Below are positions 1 to 10,391 of a stretch of 64,000 nucleotides of DNA, piece after piece. The translations under genes were made by a program, and so were the position numbers. Each line of letters starts with the position of its first letter. The first letter of the stretch is position 1. A model generated the notes under the pieces. It was not told the DNA's origin and did not search any database. It was given only the letters and a program-made list of their open reading frames with translations. The stretch comes from Escherichia phage UPWr_E4: sequence record PP418987.1; one strand, given 5' to 3'.

Positions 1-111
1 ATTAACTCAAAGGTTGAAAAATTTAAATCTCCAGAAAGTAAAAGTAAATCAGCTGCTGATTTAGAAACTGACCTCGAACAGTTAAGTGATATGGAAGAAT
101 TTAATGAATAA
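1..111 (+). CDS. uvsX: UvsX recombinase, C-terminal fragment (5' end outside window)
   Basis: Frame-1 ORF open from window edge, ends ...DLETDLEQLSDMEEFNE, stop 109-111; acidic tail and position upstream of 40/41 match T4 UvsX. Confidence 0.6.
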   Translation: MNSKVEKFKSPESKSKSAADLETDLEQLSDMEEFNE

Positions 112-448
112 AGATGATTTAGATTTAGATCTAGAAATTATCGATGAATCCCCCTCTTCGGAGGGGGAAGAAGAAAGAAAAGAACGTCTTTTTAATGAGT
201 CTCTTAAGATAATTAAATCCGCTATGGAAAATGTTATCCAGGAGATTGTCATTAAACTAGAAGATGGTTCTACACATATAGTGTATGTAACTAAACTGGA
301 TTGGGTTGATGGAAAGGTTGTAATGGACTTTGCTGTTCTTGATCAAGAAAGAAAAGCTGAGTTAGCTCCTCATGTAGAAAAATGTATTACAATGCAACTG
401 CAAGATGCATTCAATAAAAGGTCAAAGAAAAAGTTTAAATTCTTTTAA
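104..448 (+). CDS. 40: gp40-like head vertex assembly protein (start uncertain: ATG 104 with GGAAG upstream, or GTG 86 as in ORF track)
   Basis: ORF between uvsX end and gene 41; size about 114-120 aa; position as in T4. Confidence 0.55.
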   Translation: MNKDDLDLDLEIIDESPSSEGEEERKERLFNESLKIIKSAMENVIQEIVIKLEDGSTHIVYVTKLDWVDGKVVMDFAVLDQERKAELAPHVEKCITMQLQDAFNKRSKKKFKFF

Positions 449-457
449 GGAGTAAGT

Positions 458-1885
458 GTGGTAGAAATTATTCTTTCTCATCTCATATTTGATCAAGCTT
501 ATTTTTCAAAAGTTTGGCCATATATGGATTCAGAATATTTTGAAAGTGGTCCAGCTAAAAATACATTCAAATTAATTAAATCTCATGTTAATGAGTATCA
601 TAGCGTTCCATCTATTAATGCGTTAAATGTTGCATTAGAAAATAGTTCATTTACTGAAACAGAATATTCTGGTGTAAAAACACTTATTTCAAAACTGGCT
701 GATTCTCCGGAAGACCACAGTTGGTTAATAAAAGAAACAGAAAAATATGTTCAGCAAAGGGCGATGTTTAATGCTACGTCTAAAATAATCGAAATTCAAA
801 CTAATGCTGAGCTTCCTCCGGAAAAACGAAATAAGAAAATGCCAGATGTAGGTGCTATTCCTGACATCATGCGCCAAGCATTATCAATTTCATTTGATAG
901 TTACGTTGGTCATGATTGGATGGATGACTACGAAGCACGTTGGCTATCTTATATGAATAAAGCTCGTAAGGTTCCATTTAGACTCAAAATTCTAAATAAA
1001 ATTACTAAAGGTGGAGCTGAAACTGGAACACTGAACGTTTTAATGGCTGGTGTTAACGTCGGTAAGTCATTAGGTCTGTGTTCATTGGCAGCAGATTATT
1101 TGCAGCTCGGACATAATGTTCTTTACATTTCCATGGAAATGGCAGAAGAAGTCTGTGCTAAGCGTATTGATGCTAATATGCTTGATGTTTCTCTTGATGA
1201 CATTGATGACGGGCATATTTCTTACGCTGAGTATAAAGGAAAAATGGAAAAATGGCGCGAGAAATCTACTCTCGGTCGTTTAATAGTTAAACAGTATCCT
1301 ACTGGTGGAGCAGATGCTAATACATTTCGATCGCTTTTAAACGAATTAAAGCTCAAGAAGAATTTTGTTCCAACAATCATTATTGTCGACTATCTGGGTA
1401 TTTGTAAATCTTGCCGCATTAGAGTTTACTCAGAAAATAGTTACACAACTGTTAAAGCCATTGCAGAGGAATTACGTGCTCTTGCTGTTGAAACCGAAAC
1501 TGTTCTTTGGACTGCAGCACAGGTTGGTAAACAAGCTTGGGATTCTTCTGATGTTAACATGAGCGATATTGCAGAATCTGCCGGTCTTCCAGCAACAGCT
1601 GATTTTATGCTTGCGGTCATTGAAACCGAGGAGCTAGCAGCTGCTGAACAACAACTCATTAAGCAAATCAAATCACGATACGGTGATAAGAATAAATGGA
1701 ATAAGTTTTTGATGGGTGTTCAAAAAGGAAATCAGAAATGGGTAGAAATTGAACAAGATTCTACTCCAACTGAAGTGAACGAAGTAGCAGGTTCACAGCA
1801 AATTCAGGCTGAACAGAATCGCTATCAAAGAAACGAATCCGCTCGAGCTCAGTTAGATGCTTTGGCAAATGAATTAAAATTTTAG
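458..1885 (+). CDS. 41: Replicative DNA helicase gp41 (DnaB family)
   Basis: 475 aa, GTG start after AAGGAG; Walker A GVNVGKS; N-terminus MVEIILSHLIFDQAYFSKVWPYMD matches T4 gp41. Confidence 0.95.
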   Translation: MVEIILSHLIFDQAYFSKVWPYMDSEYFESGPAKNTFKLIKSHVNEYHSVPSINALNVALENSSFTETEYSGVKTLISKLADSPEDHSWLIKETEKYVQQRAMFNATSKIIEIQTNAELPPEKRNKKMPDVGAIPDIMRQALSISFDSYVGHDWMDDYEARWLSYMNKARKVPFRLKILNKITKGGAETGTLNVLMAGVNVGKSLGLCSLAADYLQLGHNVLYISMEMAEEVCAKRIDANMLDVSLDDIDDGHISYAEYKGKMEKWREKSTLGRLIVKQYPTGGADANTFRSLLNELKLKKNFVPTIIIVDYLGICKSCRIRVYSENSYTTVKAIAEELRALAVETETVLWTAAQVGKQAWDSSDVNMSDIAESAGLPATADFMLAVIETEELAAAEQQLIKQIKSRYGDKNKWNKFLMGVQKGNQKWVEIEQDSTPTEVNEVAGSQQIQAEQNRYQRNESARAQLDALANELKF

Positions 1886-1922
1886 TTTACAAGCTGACAA
1901 GACTATGGTATAGTAGTCTTGT
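1885..1922 (+). promoter_or_regulatory. T4-type early promoter for dmd embedded in a 9-bp inverted repeat
   Basis: GTTTAC 1885-1890 overlaps gene 41 stop; TATAGT 1909-1914; ACAAGACTA (1897-1905) / TAGTCTTGT (1914-1922). Confidence 0.6.
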
Positions 1923-1943
1923 TGGTTAAATGAGGAGATTGTT

Positions 1944-2126
1944 ATGGAATTGGTAAAGGTAGTTTTTATGGGGTGGTTTAAGAACGAAAGCATGTTTACT
2001 AAAGAGATCACAATGATGAAAGATGACGTTCAATGGGCTACTACTCAATATGCTGAAGTTAATAAAGCACTAGTTAAAGCTTTCATTGATGACAAGAAGG
2101 TATGTGAAGTGGATTGCCGAGGATAA
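1944..2126 (+). CDS. dmd: Dmd, discriminator of mRNA degradation (antitoxin against RnlA/LsoA-type toxins)
   Basis: 60 aa, MELVKVVFMGWFKNESMF..., size and position (61.5) as T4 Dmd; own early promoter. Confidence 0.8.
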   Translation: MELVKVVFMGWFKNESMFTKEITMMKDDVQWATTQYAEVNKALVKAFIDDKKVCEVDCRG

Positions 2127-2127
2127 T

Positions 2128-2385
2128 ATGCATATCGTTTTATTTAAACCTACTCCGTATAATGTCAGGAAAAATACTCAATTCAAAGCACTTATTGCAG
2201 ATACGTGGGAATTAGTATTAGATATTCCGGCAGAAGAAAGCCCTCCATTTGGTCGAGTGGAATTTATTAAGTTTGCTGTGCGCCCTACAAAGCGACAGAT
2301 TCGTCAATGCAAAAGATACTTTCGTAAAATCGCCAAGTTAGAGAAACAGTTTGTAACATGTGATTATGCAGAAGTTTTAAAATAA
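2128..2385 (+). CDS. Hypothetical early protein (T4 61.4 position)
   Basis: In-frame ATG at 2128 directly after dmd stop with GAGGA upstream; ORF track gives longer 2086 start overlapping dmd. Confidence 0.55.
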   Translation: MHIVLFKPTPYNVRKNTQFKALIADTWELVLDIPAEESPPFGRVEFIKFAVRPTKRQIRQCKRYFRKIAKLEKQFVTCDYAEVLK

Positions 2386-2387
2386 CT

Positions 2388-2417
2388 GTTTACTTTTATT
2401 GGAAATTGAGATACTAT
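2388..2417 (+). promoter_or_regulatory. T4-type early promoter for sp
   Basis: GTTTAC 2388-2393, 18-bp spacer, TACTAT 2412-2417. Confidence 0.55.
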
Positions 2418-2445
2418 ATAAACATAAACTACTGAGGAGATTATC

Positions 2446-2739
2446 ATGAAAAAATTTATCTTTGCTGCAATTTTTGCTTTATCTTCTTGCGCTGCTCAGC
2501 CTGCTATGGCGGGTTATGACAAAGATTTGTGCGAATGGTCTATGACTGCAGATCAGACTGAAGTTGAAATTCAAATTGAAGCGGATATTATGAATATCGT
2601 TGAACGTGATCGTCCTGAAATGAAAGCTGAAGTGCAAAAACAACTTAAATCTGGTGGTGTAATGCAGTATAATTATGTTCTGTATTGCGATAAAAACTTT
2701 AATAATAAAAATATCATCGCTGAAGTGGTAGGTGAGTAA
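2446..2739 (+). CDS. sp: Spackle (Sp) periplasmic protein, superinfection exclusion / gp5 lysozyme inhibitor
   Basis: 97 aa with N-terminal signal peptide (MKKFIFAAIFALSSCAAQPAMA); size and position (61.3) as T4 Sp; RBS GAGGAGA. Confidence 0.8.
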   Translation: MKKFIFAAIFALSSCAAQPAMAGYDKDLCEWSMTADQTEVEIQIEADIMNIVERDRPEMKAEVQKQLKSGGVMQYNYVLYCDKNFNNKNIIAEVVGE

Positions 2740-2751
2740 TTAGAGGTTAGT

Positions 2752-3108
2752 ATGTATAGTTCTGAATTTTCATATTTAAAAATGGAAAAAATTTCATACG
2801 ATTTTATAGATGAAAAGGTTTATTACAGTTTCCATGAACCACGTTTTAATAGTGAGGTTGGGTTTATTGTAGTAAAAGACAATTTTATTTTAAAAATATA
2901 TTCAGCATTAAAGGATTTTCATTACGAAAATATTAACCTAAAATTTAATAAAGAAAACGTTCGTAATTGTGCAGTAACAATTACAGGAAATAAAGGCACA
3001 TGTGTTATGCTATCTGATGAAATTAATGATTTGCTAAATGATGCCGAAAAGGTTGCTATTCCATCTATTGATGACCAAATTTTTAATGCTTTTATGAATA
3101 GAGGTTAA
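2752..3108 (+). CDS. Hypothetical early protein (T4 61.2 position)
   Basis: 118-aa ORF, RBS AGAGG upstream, in the dmd-sp accessory islet. Confidence 0.6.
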   Translation: MYSSEFSYLKMEKISYDFIDEKVYYSFHEPRFNSEVGFIVVKDNFILKIYSALKDFHYENINLKFNKENVRNCAVTITGNKGTCVMLSDEINDLLNDAEKVAIPSIDDQIFNAFMNRG

Positions 3109-3109
3109 T

Positions 3110-3274
3110 ATGAAAACATATAAAGAATTTATTAAAGAAGATATGGTTGCTGGAGATTCAGGTGGTAATCCTGAAAATATCTCTACTGGAACAACATCAG
3201 GTGCTGTAGTAAATAAAGGTCCTGAACAGATTCCTAAAAAGAAAAAAGAGGAATCTAAAGAAAAAGAAGAGTAA
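3110..3274 (+). CDS. Hypothetical small lysine-rich protein (T4 61.1 position)
   Basis: 54 codons from ATG 3110 to TAA 3272-3274, fills the gap between 61.2 and gene 61; below ORF-track cutoff. Confidence 0.45.
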   Translation: MKTYKEFIKEDMVAGDSGGNPENISTGTTSGAVVNKGPEQIPKKKKEESKEKEE

Positions 3275-3277
3275 AGA

Positions 3278-4306
3278 ATGTCATCAATAGCTTGGATTGA
3301 TAATGAGTTTGCATATCGTGCATTAGCTCATTTACCTAAATTCACACAAGTAAATAATAGTTCAACTTTTAAATTACGGTTTAGATGCCCAGTTTGTGGA
3401 GATTCAAAAACCGACCAAAATAAAGCGCGTGGATGGTATTATGGTGATAATAATGAAGGAAATATTCATTGTTATAACTGTAACTATCATGCGCCAATCG
3501 GAATATATTTAAAGGAGTTTGAACCTGATTTATATCGTGAGTATATCTTTGAAATAAGAAAAGAAAAAGGTAAAAGTCGTCCAGTAGAAAAACCTAAAGA
3601 ACTTCCTAAACATCCTGAGAAGAAAATAATTAAATCTCTTCCGTCATGTGTTAGATTAGATAAACTGGCGGAAGACCATCCAATTATAAAATATGTAAAA
3701 GCTCGTTGTATTCCAAAGGATAAATGGAAATATCTTTGGTTTACAACCGAATGGCCTAAATTAGTTAATAGCATAGCACCGGGAACATACAAAAAGGAAA
3801 TTTCTGAGCCTCGTCTTGTTATTCCAATTTATAATGCTAATGGAAAAGCTGAGTCTTTTCAAGGACGTGCATTAAAGAAAGATGCTCCTCAAAAATATAT
3901 CACCATCAAAGCTTATCCTGAGGCAACAAAAATATATGGAGTCGAACGAGTTAAAGATGGTGATGTATATGTTCTAGAAGGACCTATAGATTCACTTTTT
4001 ATTGAAAATGGTATAGCTATTACGGGTGGTCAATTAGACCTAGAAGTTGTTCCATTTAAAGATAGACGAGTGTGGGTTTTAGATAATGAACCTCGTCATC
4101 CTGACACTATTAAGCGAATGACTAAATTAGTTGATGCAGGAGAAAGGGTTATGTTTTGGGATAAATCTCCCTGGAAATCAAAAGATGTTAATGATATGAT
4201 TAGAAAGGAAGGTGCAACCCCTGAACAAATTATGGAATATATGAAAAATAATATTGCCCAGGGGTTAATGGCTAAAATGCGGTTATCTAAATATGCCAAG
4301 ATTTAA
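3278..4306 (+). CDS. 61: DNA primase gp61
   Basis: 342 aa; N-terminal zinc ribbon CPVCGDS...CYNCNYH; size and position as T4 gp61. Confidence 0.95.
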   Translation: MSSIAWIDNEFAYRALAHLPKFTQVNNSSTFKLRFRCPVCGDSKTDQNKARGWYYGDNNEGNIHCYNCNYHAPIGIYLKEFEPDLYREYIFEIRKEKGKSRPVEKPKELPKHPEKKIIKSLPSCVRLDKLAEDHPIIKYVKARCIPKDKWKYLWFTTEWPKLVNSIAPGTYKKEISEPRLVIPIYNANGKAESFQGRALKKDAPQKYITIKAYPEATKIYGVERVKDGDVYVLEGPIDSLFIENGIAITGGQLDLEVVPFKDRRVWVLDNEPRHPDTIKRMTKLVDAGERVMFWDKSPWKSKDVNDMIRKEGATPEQIMEYMKNNIAQGLMAKMRLSKYAKI

Positions 4307-4503
4307 ATTAACCCAACTAAAGCAAATGCTAAATCTACGAATGTATCAAGAGTAACTACTGGAATATTAATACCATGTGCAATTGCAATGGGTGATAAAA
4401 TAAAGTTCCAGAGTAAAATTCCTACCATAGCAGAAATAGTAAAAGCTATACGTTTTTTATTACCTTTTATGGCATCAACAAGTGCCATTAATTTTTGTGC
4501 CAT
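4303..4503 (-). CDS. Small hydrophobic two-TM membrane protein, convergent with gene 61
   Basis: 66-aa minus-strand ORF in an otherwise empty 296-bp gap; strong SD (AAGGAGG, 4-nt spacer) before ATG at 4503-4501; two hydrophobic segments. Confidence 0.6.
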   Translation of the reverse strand: MAQKLMALVDAIKGNKKRIAFTISAMVGILLWNFILSPIAIAHGINIPVVTLDTFVDLAFALVGLI

Positions 4504-4530
4504 GTGTCCTCCTTTAAATTAATATTTATC

Positions 4531-4549
4531 ACAAATTTCATAAATTTGT
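4531..4549. repeat. Perfect palindrome ACAAATTT-CAT-AAATTTGT overlapping the -35 of the downstream early promoter
   Basis: 8-bp arms with 3-bp spacer read directly from sequence. Confidence 0.6.
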
Positions 4550-4577
4550 TTACTTTCTCAGCTTGTTATGGTATTAT
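4548..4577 (+). promoter_or_regulatory. T4-type early promoter (GTTTAC ... TATTAT) for the nuclease-like ORF and dam
   Basis: -35 GTTTAC 4548-4553, 18-bp spacer, -10 TATTAT 4572-4577; about 25 nt upstream of the ATG at 4603. Confidence 0.6.
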
Positions 4578-4602
4578 AAAATAAATTGCTGAGGATGATA
4601 TA

Positions 4603-5942
<1,340 letters not shown>

Positions 5943-5943
5943 T

Positions 5944-5968
5944 TGCTTACATACTCAAATGATATAAT
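5944..5968 (+). promoter_or_regulatory. Candidate MotA-dependent middle promoter upstream of gene 56
   Basis: MotA-box-like TGCTTAC at 5944-5950 followed 12 nt later by TATAAT (5963-5968); spacing fits middle rather than sigma70 -35/-10. Confidence 0.35.
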
Positions 5969-6002
5969 TATTTAACTTATTGATGAATTGAAAGGAAAAA
6001 TA

Positions 6003-6521
6003 ATGGCTTACTTTAACGAATGTAGTCAACTGATCGAAGGCGCTGATAAAGCTCAAAATGAATATTGGGATATTCTCGGTGATGAAAAAGACCCGCTGCA
6101 GGTAATGCTTGACATGCAGAAATCTCTGCAGATTCGTTTAGCTAAAGATAAACCTGAATATAACCGTCATCCTGATGATTTGGCTACTGCAGGTGAAGTT
6201 GTTGATTGGCTGCGTAATCAGAAAGATTATATTGATGATGAATTCCGCGAACTTCTGACTTCTCTTGGTGGTATGAGCAATGGTGAAAAAGATGCATCTG
6301 CTGTATGGAAGCCTTGGAAAGCTCAACATGGTGAACGACGTGAAACTCTGATTACTGATTTGTCTCCACAAGACCAGTTGGAAATTAAATTCGAAATGAT
6401 TGATATTCTTCATTTCGTTCTGAACATGTTCCAAGGCCTCGGTCTTACGGCTGAAGAAATCTTTAAACTTTATTATCTGAAAAATGCTGAAAATTTCGCT
6501 CGTCAAGACCGAGGTTATTAA
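6003..6521 (+). CDS. 56: dCTPase/dUTPase gp56 (dCTP pyrophosphatase)
   Basis: 172 aa from ATG 6003 (RBS AAAGGAAAA); MazG-like; position after dam as in T4. Confidence 0.85.
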   Translation: MAYFNECSQLIEGADKAQNEYWDILGDEKDPLQVMLDMQKSLQIRLAKDKPEYNRHPDDLATAGEVVDWLRNQKDYIDDEFRELLTSLGGMSNGEKDASAVWKPWKAQHGERRETLITDLSPQDQLEIKFEMIDILHFVLNMFQGLGLTAEEIFKLYYLKNAENFARQDRGY

Positions 6522-6551
6522 CAGCTCGTCTTAAAAGCCGCGAGAATTTAT

Positions 6552-6559
6552 TATAAATA
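6552..6559 (+). promoter_or_regulatory. T4 late promoter TATAAATA for soc
   Basis: Exact TATAAATA 30 nt upstream of soc ATG; soc is a late capsid gene. Confidence 0.7.
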
Positions 6560-6589
6560 ATCATGTAATTTAAATAAAAGGAGAATTAC

Positions 6590-6835
6590 ATGGCTAGTAC
6601 TCGCGGTTATGTTAATATCAAAACATTTGAGCAGAAATTAGATGGAAATAAGAAAATTGAAGGAAAGGAAATTTCAGTAGCTTTCCCTCTTTATTCTGAC
6701 GTTCACAAAATTTCTGGTGCTCATTACCAGACGTTCCCTTCAGAAAAAGCAGCATATACTACTGTATATGAAGAAAATCAGCGTACTGAATGGATTGCTG
6801 CAAACGAAGATTTGTGGAAAGTAACTGGTGGTTAA
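6590..6835 (+). CDS. soc: Small outer capsid protein Soc
   Basis: 81 aa, MASTRGYVNIKTFEQKLDGNKKIEG...; size and sequence as T4 Soc. Confidence 0.9.
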   Translation: MASTRGYVNIKTFEQKLDGNKKIEGKEISVAFPLYSDVHKISGAHYQTFPSEKAAYTTVYEENQRTEWIAANEDLWKVTGG

Positions 6836-6843
6836 TAATTCAA

Positions 6844-6866
6844 GGACTCCTTCGGGAGTCCTTTTT
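6844..6866 (+). terminator. Intrinsic terminator GGACTCC-TTCG-GGAGTCC plus T5
   Basis: 7-bp GC-rich stem, UUCG tetraloop, U-run; directly after soc. Confidence 0.8.
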
Positions 6867-6876
6867 CATTTAAATG

Positions 6877-6906
6877 GTTTACTTTCCAAAATGAGTATGG
6901 TATAAT
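6877..6906 (+). promoter_or_regulatory. T4-type early promoter
   Basis: GTTTAC 6877-6882, 18-bp spacer, TATAAT 6901-6906. Confidence 0.65.
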
Positions 6907-6932
6907 AGAATTATCTTATAGAGGAGAGCGCT

Positions 6933-7139
6933 ATGTTAAATCGTTGGATTAAACCGAATGAAGATTTAGATATTATCATTTCACGGCATGTAATGAAGAA
7001 ATATGAACTACAGCCATGGTCTACAGAAGTTGTTGTGCATTCATTTATGATGTACGCAGATGGTTCTGTTGAATTTAATGCAGAGATTCGATATGATTAT
7101 GGCGAGAAGCAAGTTGAATTCAAAAGAGGCTTTTTGTAA
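6933..7139 (+). CDS. Hypothetical early protein
   Basis: 68-aa ORF, RBS GAGGAGAG, ATGA-coupled to next ORF. Confidence 0.55.
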   Translation: MLNRWIKPNEDLDIIISRHVMKKYELQPWSTEVVVHSFMMYADGSVEFNAEIRYDYGEKQVEFKRGFL

Positions 7140-7477
7140 TGTTTATCTTTAATTGGTTTAAAAGTTTCTTTACGGATTTTTTCTCTACAACTCCCGGAGA
7201 AGGTGTAGTTCCTATTTCAAATGACTACCTTCCTTTAACTGTAGTTGAGTATGTTTATATGGGAGATGGAACAGTAGAAGCAGTTACTATGACTTATGAA
7301 GAAGCCCAAGAATATTATAAAAATCCTTGGCGCTGGTCAACACCTACATCATCTAATACGCAGAATACACAGTCTAGTTCTGATTCATATGATACTAATG
7401 TTCCTGTTCATGTGTGGACGGGCGATTCATGTGGAAGTTCTTGTGATTCTAGTTGTTCATCTACATCTTGTGATTGA
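7139..7477 (+). CDS. Hypothetical protein with Ser/Cys-rich C-terminal tail
   Basis: 112 aa; C-terminus ...[19 protein letters not shown]; translationally coupled on both sides. Confidence 0.55.
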   Translation: MFIFNWFKSFFTDFFSTTPGEGVVPISNDYLPLTVVEYVYMGDGTVEAVTMTYEEAQEYYKNPWRWSTPTSSNTQNTQSSSDSYDTNVPVHVWTGDSCGSSCDSSCSSTSCD

Positions 7478-7971
7478 GGAAAATTATGGAAGCGATTTTG
7501 TTTGAAATGTATATTAGCAGTAATAGTTTGTCATTTGCTAAAGATGTTCCAATTACTGTAGCAGTAATGATTGATAAGGGTTATTGTGACCCAATGTATC
7601 TCGTAGAAAATTTCGTTTCAATGCCAGTTCCAGAAGATGCTGAAATAAAACTTAAAAAGATTGGTATTATTGAAACTGTACCAAATATTCCATTTAGAGC
7701 AATTGAAGCATTTACTAAATCCGAATACATTAATGTTAGCGCAGAACAATATAATGATAAGCCTTTATCTTTTTATTCGTACGATTCACTATATAGTTGG
7801 AAAATAGATAAAGGAAATAAATTTATAATTGCAAGTGAAGATGCGTTATCATACTTTATTTCTTCTGTATGGAATAGTTTACATCCAAATTTGCTAAAAA
7901 TTCATGAATTTGATGATGCTCCTACTGTTGTTTTAGGTAAAACAAATGAAAGTTCTGAAGAAAATGTTTGA
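7474..7971 (+). CDS. Hypothetical early protein
   Basis: 165-aa ORF, ATGA overlap with upstream ORF. Confidence 0.55.
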   Translation: MRKIMEAILFEMYISSNSLSFAKDVPITVAVMIDKGYCDPMYLVENFVSMPVPEDAEIKLKKIGIIETVPNIPFRAIEAFTKSEYINVSAEQYNDKPLSFYSYDSLYSWKIDKGNKFIIASEDALSYFISSVWNSLHPNLLKIHEFDDAPTVVLGKTNESSEENV

Positions 7972-8149
7972 ATGGTTCAATAGACCAAACTCAATGTATA
8001 TTGATGATGGCTGGGTTGAACAAGCAAATAAAGAAATGCAGAACGAATCGGAAGAATGGATGAAATCAATGATTAGTGCTGAGAAAGAAAAGAAATTAGA
8101 ACGCTCAGCGCTTAAATTGATGAGAGACATCTATGGTGATAAATCATGA
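7946..8149 (+). CDS. Hypothetical small protein
   Basis: 67-aa ORF, overlaps upstream ORF 3' end. Confidence 0.45.
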   Translation: MKVLKKMFEWFNRPNSMYIDDGWVEQANKEMQNESEEWMKSMISAEKEKKLERSALKLMRDIYGDKS

Positions 8150-8310
8150 ACAAAGATATGACGTTAGAAGAGGCCAAGGCTAAAGCAAATGAAGCACTGG
8201 ATTTGCTTCTTAAAATTGGCAGTAAAATGATGGAAGAAAATGAGAAATATATCCAGGAAAACAAAATTCCTGACGGCCCATTAGTAGGCAAAAGGAAATC
8301 ACATGATTGA
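8146..8310 (+). CDS. Hypothetical small protein
   Basis: 54 codons from ATG 8146 (ATGA overlap with upstream stop) to TGA 8308-8310; fills an otherwise uncoded gap. Confidence 0.4.
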   Translation: MNKDMTLEEAKAKANEALDLLLKIGSKMMEENEKYIQENKIPDGPLVGKRKSHD

Positions 8311-8785
8311 AGTAGCAAAACATTATTCAATAGAATTTATGTCTAAAGAAGGTAAATCAGTAAATGCACTTGATAAAAAATGCTCATTAATTATTCCTTT
8401 AGCAGAAAATCCGGATCTTTTAATTAAAGATATAAAAGAAAGAAAATATCCAGAAAATGTTATTCTAATTATAAAGCATACTGAAGATATTTTACAGAAT
8501 ACTGATTCACCGTTTTCTTCTTCTGAAGCTTTAACTATTAAAGGCTATAAAAGAGCTCATGAATATGGTCTTTTTGCCCTGTTTGAAGACGATAAAGTTA
8601 AATTAGCACTTAATTTAGCAGGTCAACCTTCTAAAAGTAAAACATTCATTATTGAAGATATTAAAGATATAAATGCATTTGTTAAGATGGTCTGGGCTCA
8701 TTTTGATGTTGGACTACGCTGGAGAATATCTGAAGAAGAAAGAAAGATTATTGAAGCTAATCGTTATTTTGGTTTTTATCGCTAG
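8303..8785 (+). CDS. Hypothetical early protein
   Basis: 160-aa ORF in the soc-modB interval. Confidence 0.55.
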   Translation: MIEVAKHYSIEFMSKEGKSVNALDKKCSLIIPLAENPDLLIKDIKERKYPENVILIIKHTEDILQNTDSPFSSSEALTIKGYKRAHEYGLFALFEDDKVKLALNLAGQPSKSKTFIIEDIKDINAFVKMVWAHFDVGLRWRISEEERKIIEANRYFGFYR

Positions 8786-8793
8786 GAATTAAT

Positions 8794-8976
8794 ATGGATT
8801 TATTTGAGATGTTAGAAGATAATCATTCTACGAATATCCAGAATGATTCTAGTGATTATAAGAAAGAGTACCGTATAGTATTACAGAATTATGGAATTGA
8901 AGCCCCAGATGCTCTTCTAGAAGAACTAGCTTCATACCATCTTGACCCTCCGCCTTGGGCTCCCTGGGCAAAATAA
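8794..8976 (+). CDS. Hypothetical small protein (proline/tryptophan-rich C-terminus)
   Basis: 60-aa ORF, ends ...LDPPPWAPWAK. Confidence 0.4.
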   Translation: MDLFEMLEDNHSTNIQNDSSDYKKEYRIVLQNYGIEAPDALLEELASYHLDPPPWAPWAK

Positions 8977-8987
8977 TTCAAAAAGTT

Positions 8988-9017
8988 GTTTACTTTCCTT
9001 CCTAACAATGATATGAT
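8988..9017 (+). promoter_or_regulatory. T4-type early promoter
   Basis: GTTTAC 8988-8993, -10 TATGAT about 9012-9017. Confidence 0.55.
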
Positions 9018-9043
9018 AGCTTCTGAAGTATATGGAGGCTATC

Positions 9044-9667
9044 ATGATTATTAATCTCGCAGATGTTGAACAGTTATCTATAAAAGCTGAAAGTGTTGAT
9101 TTTCAATATGATATGTACAAAAAGGTCTGTGAAAAATTTACTGACTTTGAACAGTCAGTTCTTTGGCAGTGTATGGAAGCCAAAAAGAATGAAGCTCTTC
9201 ATCGGCAGTTGAATAAAATCGTTAAAAAGCATTTAACTAAATCGCCTTATCAGCTATATCGTGGTATATCAAAATCGACAAAAGAACTCATTAAAGATTT
9301 ACAAGTCGGAGAAGTGTTTTCAACGAACAGAGTAGATTCATTTACTACTAGTTTGCACACAGCATGTGGTTTTTCTTATGTTGAGTATTTCACTGAAATA
9401 ATATTTCGCTTAAAAACTGATAAAGCTTTTAATTATTCTGACCATATCAGCGATATTATACTTTCTTCTCCTAATACTGAATTTAAGTATACATATGAAG
9501 ATACTGATGGATTAGATTCAGAGCGTACTGATAACTTAATGATGATTGTGCGTGAACAAGAATGGATGATTCCAATTGGAAAGTATAGAATAACTTCTAT
9601 TTCAAAAGAAAAATTACACGATTCATTTGGAACATTTAAAGTGTATGATATTGAGGTAGTTGAATGA
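9044..9667 (+). CDS. modB: ADP-ribosyltransferase, ModB-like
   Basis: 207 aa from ATG 9044 (GGAGG 5 nt upstream; track start 9032); R-S-E ART motifs (YRGI, STS-like, QEWMIP); size as T4 ModB. Confidence 0.65.
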   Translation: MIINLADVEQLSIKAESVDFQYDMYKKVCEKFTDFEQSVLWQCMEAKKNEALHRQLNKIVKKHLTKSPYQLYRGISKSTKELIKDLQVGEVFSTNRVDSFTTSLHTACGFSYVEYFTEIIFRLKTDKAFNYSDHISDIILSSPNTEFKYTYEDTDGLDSERTDNLMMIVREQEWMIPIGKYRITSISKEKLHDSFGTFKVYDIEVVE

Positions 9668-10275
9668 AATATTCAGCAATGCAATTAAAAGATTTTAAAA
9701 TCAAATCAATGGATGCATCTGTGCGTGCTTCTATTCGTGAAGAATTACTTTCTGAAGGATTTAATTTATCTGAAATTGAACTTTTAATTCATTGTATTAC
9801 TAATAAACCAGACGATCATTCTTGGTTAAATGAAATAATCAAATCTCGTTTGGTTCCAAACGATAAACCTCTTTGGAGAGGTGTTCCAGCTGAGACTAAG
9901 CAGGTGTTAAATCAAGGAATTGATATTATTACATTTGATAAAGTCGTATCAGCTTCATATGATAAAAATATAGCTCTACATTTTGCTTCTGGATTAGAAT
10001 ACAACACACAAGTTATTTTTGAATTCAAAGCTCCTATGGTGTTTAATTTCCAGGAGTATGCTATAAAAGCTCTACGCTGTAAAGAATACAATCCAAACTT
10101 TAAGTTTCCGGATAGTCATCGTTATCGTAATATGGAATTAGTTTCAGATGAACAAGAAGTAATGATACCAGCTGGAAGTGTATTTAGAATTGCAGATAGA
10201 TATGAGTACAAAAAGTATTCAACATATACTATCTATACTATCTATACTCTTGATTTTGAAGGATTTAATCTATAA
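9664..10275 (+). CDS. modA: ADP-ribosyltransferase, ModA-like
   Basis: 203 aa; ART motifs (LWRGV, SAS, EQEVMIPAGS); paralog of upstream gene; ATGA-coupled. Confidence 0.65.
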   Translation: MKYSAMQLKDFKIKSMDASVRASIREELLSEGFNLSEIELLIHCITNKPDDHSWLNEIIKSRLVPNDKPLWRGVPAETKQVLNQGIDIITFDKVVSASYDKNIALHFASGLEYNTQVIFEFKAPMVFNFQEYAIKALRCKEYNPNFKFPDSHRYRNMELVSDEQEVMIPAGSVFRIADRYEYKKYSTYTIYTIYTLDFEGFNL

Positions 10276-10331
10276 TGGAAGGACTTAGATTCATTATACC
10301 ATGAAAGTTTTAAAGCATTTTTCATAAAGTT

Positions 10332-10361
10332 GTTTACAAGCTGAAGTAAAAATGTTATAGT
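10332..10361 (+). promoter_or_regulatory. T4-type early promoter
   Basis: GTTTAC 10332-10337, 18-bp spacer, TATAGT 10356-10361. Confidence 0.55.
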
Positions 10362-10391
10362 ATAAGTAGTTAACCCGTCCGTGAGAAAAAT

